Shown here: one piece after another, positions 61,701 through 64,000 of the stretch
Layout of the letters: every line of letters starts with the position of its first letter
How positions within the stretch are numbered: the stretch's first letter is position 1
Assembly: GCA_048213135.1 (NCBI GenBank)
Contig: PS015010.1
Location: forward strand, 124,001 to 188,000
Source: Reclinomonas americana ATCC 50394
Lineage: Eukaryota
Length of the DNA: 64,000 nt
Direction: 5' to 3'
Notes under the pieces: model-generated
Database searches by the model: none
Told to the model about the DNA's origin: nothing
The model's input: only the letters and a program-made list of their open reading frames with translations
Translations under genes and position numbers: made by a program

Positions 61701-62805
61701 TGCAATTACCTCTTATGGTATCGAATACAGCACTACCAATGGTTTCCCTAACGGCACCGGTATCCAGCGTCCGTCGACCAACCTGAGCGGTTCTAATTTC
61801 ACTTCTGCGCTCACCGGCCTGGCACCGTCAACAACCTACTATTACAAAGCGTATGCTACTAATGCTGGTGGTACTACTTACGGCACACAGCAGCAGTTTA
61901 CCACTTCTGCACCGGTGCTGACGGTAACGGCCCTGACCGCTTTTGGTGCGGTTTGTACCAACACCACTGCAGGCCCCAATACCTTTACTATCAACAGTAC
62001 AGCACTTACCACTGCTAATGTGAATGTAGGCCCGCTGACGGGCTATACTTTCGCTACAACAGCAAACGGCACTTACGCTGCATCACTGAGTATTACACAA
62101 CCCGGCGGTCCATTCAGCCAGATCATTTACGTTAAGTTTACACCAACCGCGATACAAGCCTATAATGGTAACATCGCTGTAAATGGTGGCGGCGCACCTG
62201 TATCAACCAGTGTTGCCGCTTCAGGCTCAGGTGTGAATACAGCCCCAACAGCTGTTACCGGTAACGCTACTGTTCTTTCTCCGAATGCCGCAACACTCGC
62301 CGGCAGCATCACTGCAAATGGTTGTACAGCCGTTACCGCTTACGGTATCGAGTACTACACCATACAAGGTCTTGCGAATGGACTGGGTACCAAAGTACCT
62401 GCCACCAACCTGAATGGTGTTGACTTCAGCACTACCATCAGCGGACTGGTACAGGGAGCGATCTACTACTACAAAGCTTACGCTACAAACGCCGGTGGTA
62501 CCTCTTACGGTGCGGAAAAAACATTCACCACCACCAGCATACCGGGCGGATTGGTGATCTATTCCAACCCCGTTAACCGTAATGGCGTTCTGCACTTTAC
62601 GCTGAGGGATATTAAACCTGGTCACTACGTTGTTCAGATCATTGGCAGCAATGGCCAGCTGGTACATACGGAAGACCTGATTGTACCAACTACCTTCATC
62701 GACTATAACATGCAACTGCCGGGCAAACTGGCCGCAGGCCGTTATGCACTGAGAATTGGAATGTTGAACTGGACAGTACAGAAATCATTTATGATCATGC
62801 ACTAA
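58735..62805 (+). CDS. Lamin-tail-domain T9SS protein with five tandem two-domain repeats
   Basis: Start MKKIFTL with signal peptide; LTD IVISQVYGGGG...NDYVELHN...G.SIQY.SATG; five repeats; CTD IYSNPV...AAGRYAL. Confidence 0.88.
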   Translation: MKKIFTLVVLLMASLLSFSQSTTIVISQVYGGGGATSGTPTYINDYVELHNISSVTQSLTGFSIQYGSATGNFAATATNLYAFPAGTSIPAGGYLLIQVGGAGTVGAALPVTPDLITTNLTMSAASGKVALASQATSLACGATATTCTLPSASIIDLVSFGASNNGEGGTTVNNGTALNNTQGAVRKTLGCTETDNNNLDFDVVNAPVPRNSSSAVNLCGAASPTLSATALTAFGNVCINTTPAPNSFTINGTTLTAANVTVGPLAGYTFSTTSGGTYTASLSLPQPGGTYTQAIFVNFTPTAVQSYNGNIPVGGGGATSINVAASGAGVNTAPSVTTGAASAITSVSATLAGSITATGCSAVTAYGIEYSTTNGFPNGTGTQSPSSNLSGGNFSSNVAGLAASTTYYYKAYATNAGGTTYGTQQQFTTAAPSPALSATALTAFGNVCINTTAGPNSFTITGTALTNANVTVGPLTGFTFSTTSGGTYTASLSITQPGGAFSQAIFVNFTPTAVQSYNGNIPVGGGGATSINVAASGSGVNSMASVTTGAASAITTVSATLAGSITATGCSAVTAYGIEYSTTNGFPNGTGTQLPSSNLSGGNFSSNAAGLAPNTTYYYKAYATNAGGTAYGTQQQFTTQSLTPALSATPLAAFGNVCTNTTAGPNSFTISGSALTTANVTVGPLTGYTFSTTSGGTYTASLNLTQPGGTYSQAIFVRFTPTAVQSYDGNIPVGGGGAATINVAASGSGINTAPSVTTGAASAITSISATLAGSIPATGCTAITAYGIEYSTTNGFPNGSGTQVPASNLAAGNFSSNVAGLAPTTTYYYKAYATNAGGTTYGTQQSFTTATPVLTATALTAFGNVCTNTTAGPNSFTITGTNLTTANVTVGPLAGFTYSTTSGGTYTTSLSLTQTGGAYSQAIFVRFTPTAVQSYNGNIVVGGGGAANINVAASGAGINTAPSVTTGAASAITQLSATLAGAIPATGCTAITSYGIEYSTTNGFPNGTGIQRPSTNLSGSNFTSALTGLAPSTTYYYKAYATNAGGTTYGTQQQFTTSAPVLTVTALTAFGAVCTNTTAGPNTFTINSTALTTANVNVGPLTGYTFATTANGTYAASLSITQPGGPFSQIIYVKFTPTAIQAYNGNIAVNGGGAPVSTSVAASGSGVNTAPTAVTGNATVLSPNAATLAGSITANGCTAVTAYGIEYYTIQGLANGLGTKVPATNLNGVDFSTTISGLVQGAIYYYKAYATNAGGTSYGAEKTFTTTSIPGGLVIYSNPVNRNGVLHFTLRDIKPGHYVVQIIGSNGQLVHTEDLIVPTTFIDYNMQLPGKLAAGRYALRIGMLNWTVQKSFMIMH
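59401..62535 (+). repeat. Five tandem ~630-bp coding repeats (Ig-like plus FN3-like pair)
   Basis: Units start at about 59401, 60031, 60661, 61285 and 61909 (periods 630, 630, 624, 624). Confidence 0.9.
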
Positions 62806-62824
62806 TCGTCTGGGTACAATAAAT

Positions 62825-62860
62825 AAAAAGAAGTCTCCACTACGGAGACTTCTTTTTTTG
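62825..62860. terminator. Bidirectional intrinsic terminator
   Basis: AAAAAGAAGTCTCC-actac-GGAGACTTCTTTTTTT. Confidence 0.9.
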
Positions 62861-63032
62861 TGTATAAGCTTGAAGCAATTATTGGGTAGTAGAGGATGGA
62901 GTTGAGGAATGATAAACAGAGGAAATACCATGCCGACCTGGTGGCTTTATAAAAGCGTTCGATCCCGCCTTCGAACAAGGGCAAGCTGTCACTAAAGTTG
63001 GGCTAATCCTTTTATCATACTTGAAAAGTATT

Positions 63033-64000
63033 TTACCTGATTATGAGCACCGTTCCCTGCTGGGATTGATTGGGTCTTCCGTTAAGTGTGTAAGTCGCAA
63101 ACCAGGTGAAGGCGCCGGTATTGTATTTCTTCCCTTTCAGCGTGCCGGCCCATTTTACAGCAGGATTGGTAGTAGCGAAGATCAGCTGCCCCCAGCGGTC
63201 AAAAATTTTGAACTGATAATTTGTCACCGCGGCGGTATTACCGGCTGCGCCAAAAAAATCATTGCGCCCGTCATCGTTGGGTGTGAAAGCGGCAGGGAAA
63301 TAAATATCGCCGCAATCGGCAGACAATACCACGCTGGCCGAGCCAATGCATCCGTCACTATCGGTAACGCGTACACTATAAGTACCTGCCTGTGTAACAT
63401 TGTATACCGGTGTAATGCTGTTGTCCTGCCACAGGTACGAAGAAAACGCACCCGGGTTGAGGATGAGCGTTTGCCCGGGACAGAAAGAACGGTTATTGCC
63501 CAGCGTAACCTGCACAGGCCTGGTAACGCGTATAATATCCAGGGGAGGCGTTGTTGCGGAGCAGTTATTCTGATCTTTTACGGTAAGCGTGTATTGCCCG
63601 ACAGGCAGGTTACTGATGCTGCTGCCGGTGCCGCCATTTGACCAATTGTATTGGTATAAAGGAGTTCCCCCGGTTACGCTGGCGCTGATGCTGCCATTCG
63701 TATTGTTGCAGACCGGGTTGGCTATAAGTGTGGTAATAACAATAGGACCGGGTTCCTGCAGGGTGAAATTATCCATAGCCAGGCAGGAAGAAGTAGCGGT
63801 GCTCACCGTAACAATATAAGTCCCTGCAGCAAGACCTGTAATGTTTGGCGTATGCTGAACCGGTGTTGTATTCCAGGTATATTGATAGGGACTGGCACTG
63901 CCGCTGGCGTTAACGGAAAGCGCCCCATTGGTGCCCCCGTTGCAGGATATGGCCTGGTCCAGTACAATACGGGCATTCAGTACCTCAACCGTTTGAACAA
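63033..64000 (-). CDS. SprB-repeat T9SS type B protein (5' partial)
   Basis: Frame stays open to the window edge (ISCNGGTNGALSV...PYQYTW...GLAAGTY.VTV); CTD FPAAFTPNDDGRND...FDRWG...GTVLIIR. Confidence 0.88.
   Translation of the reverse strand, partial: VQTVEVLNARIVLDQAISCNGGTNGALSVNASGSASPYQYTWNTTPVQHTPNITGLAAGTYIVTVSTATSSCLAMDNFTLQEPGPIVITTLIANPVCNNTNGSISASVTGGTPLYQYNWSNGGTGSSISNLPVGQYTLTVKDQNNCSATTPPLDIIRVTRPVQVTLGNNRSFCPGQTLILNPGAFSSYLWQDNSITPVYNVTQAGTYSVRVTDSDGCIGSASVVLSADCGDIYFPAAFTPNDDGRNDFFGAAGNTAAVTNYQFKIFDRWGQLIFATTNPAVKWAGTLKGKKYNTGAFTWFATYTLNGRPNQSQQGTVLIIR

Noticed and set aside
59401..62535. Repeats as a CRISPR array or DGR template/variable pair
   Set aside because: They are in-frame ~630-bp domain repeats with no spacers, cas genes or reverse transcriptase, and no evident adenine-specific variation
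62940..62985. GTTCGATCCCGCC resembling a tRNA T-loop
   Set aside because: No proper T stem, acceptor stem or cloverleaf; only a short GTTCGA/TCGAAC palindrome

Overview
A 64-kb chromosomal window from a Bacteroidota genome, most likely Chitinophagaceae. That call is inferred from T9SS cargo, a SusC/SusD pair, TAnnTTTG -7 promoters and protein style. Most of it is housekeeping: the sprA 3' end, guaB, dprA, queE, folD, radC, prs, rplY, yidC, aroE, rdgB, ilvE, rpsL, rpsG and fusA. Many secreted or surface-protein genes are mixed in. I see no rRNA, tRNA, CRISPR, transposase, integrase or phage genes. Most notable: (1) a putative extracellular-DNA foraging locus (EEP nuclease, non-SusC TonB receptor, DUF5689 lipoprotein) ending in a 1356-aa T9SS protein with a lamin-tail domain on a five-repeat stalk and no recognisable nuclease domain; (2) the str operon is broken: rpsL-rpsG terminate, about 7.6 kb follows (including an AraC-linked FG-GAP adhesin pair with a visible tandem operator), and fusA stands alone behind an ~235-nt structured leader with uORFs; (3) a ComEA-like HhH/beta-barrel gene pair; (4) candidate leaderless mRNAs, a pho-box-like repeat and several REP/MITE-like palindromes. 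All family calls are motif recognition by eye; no database searches were run.
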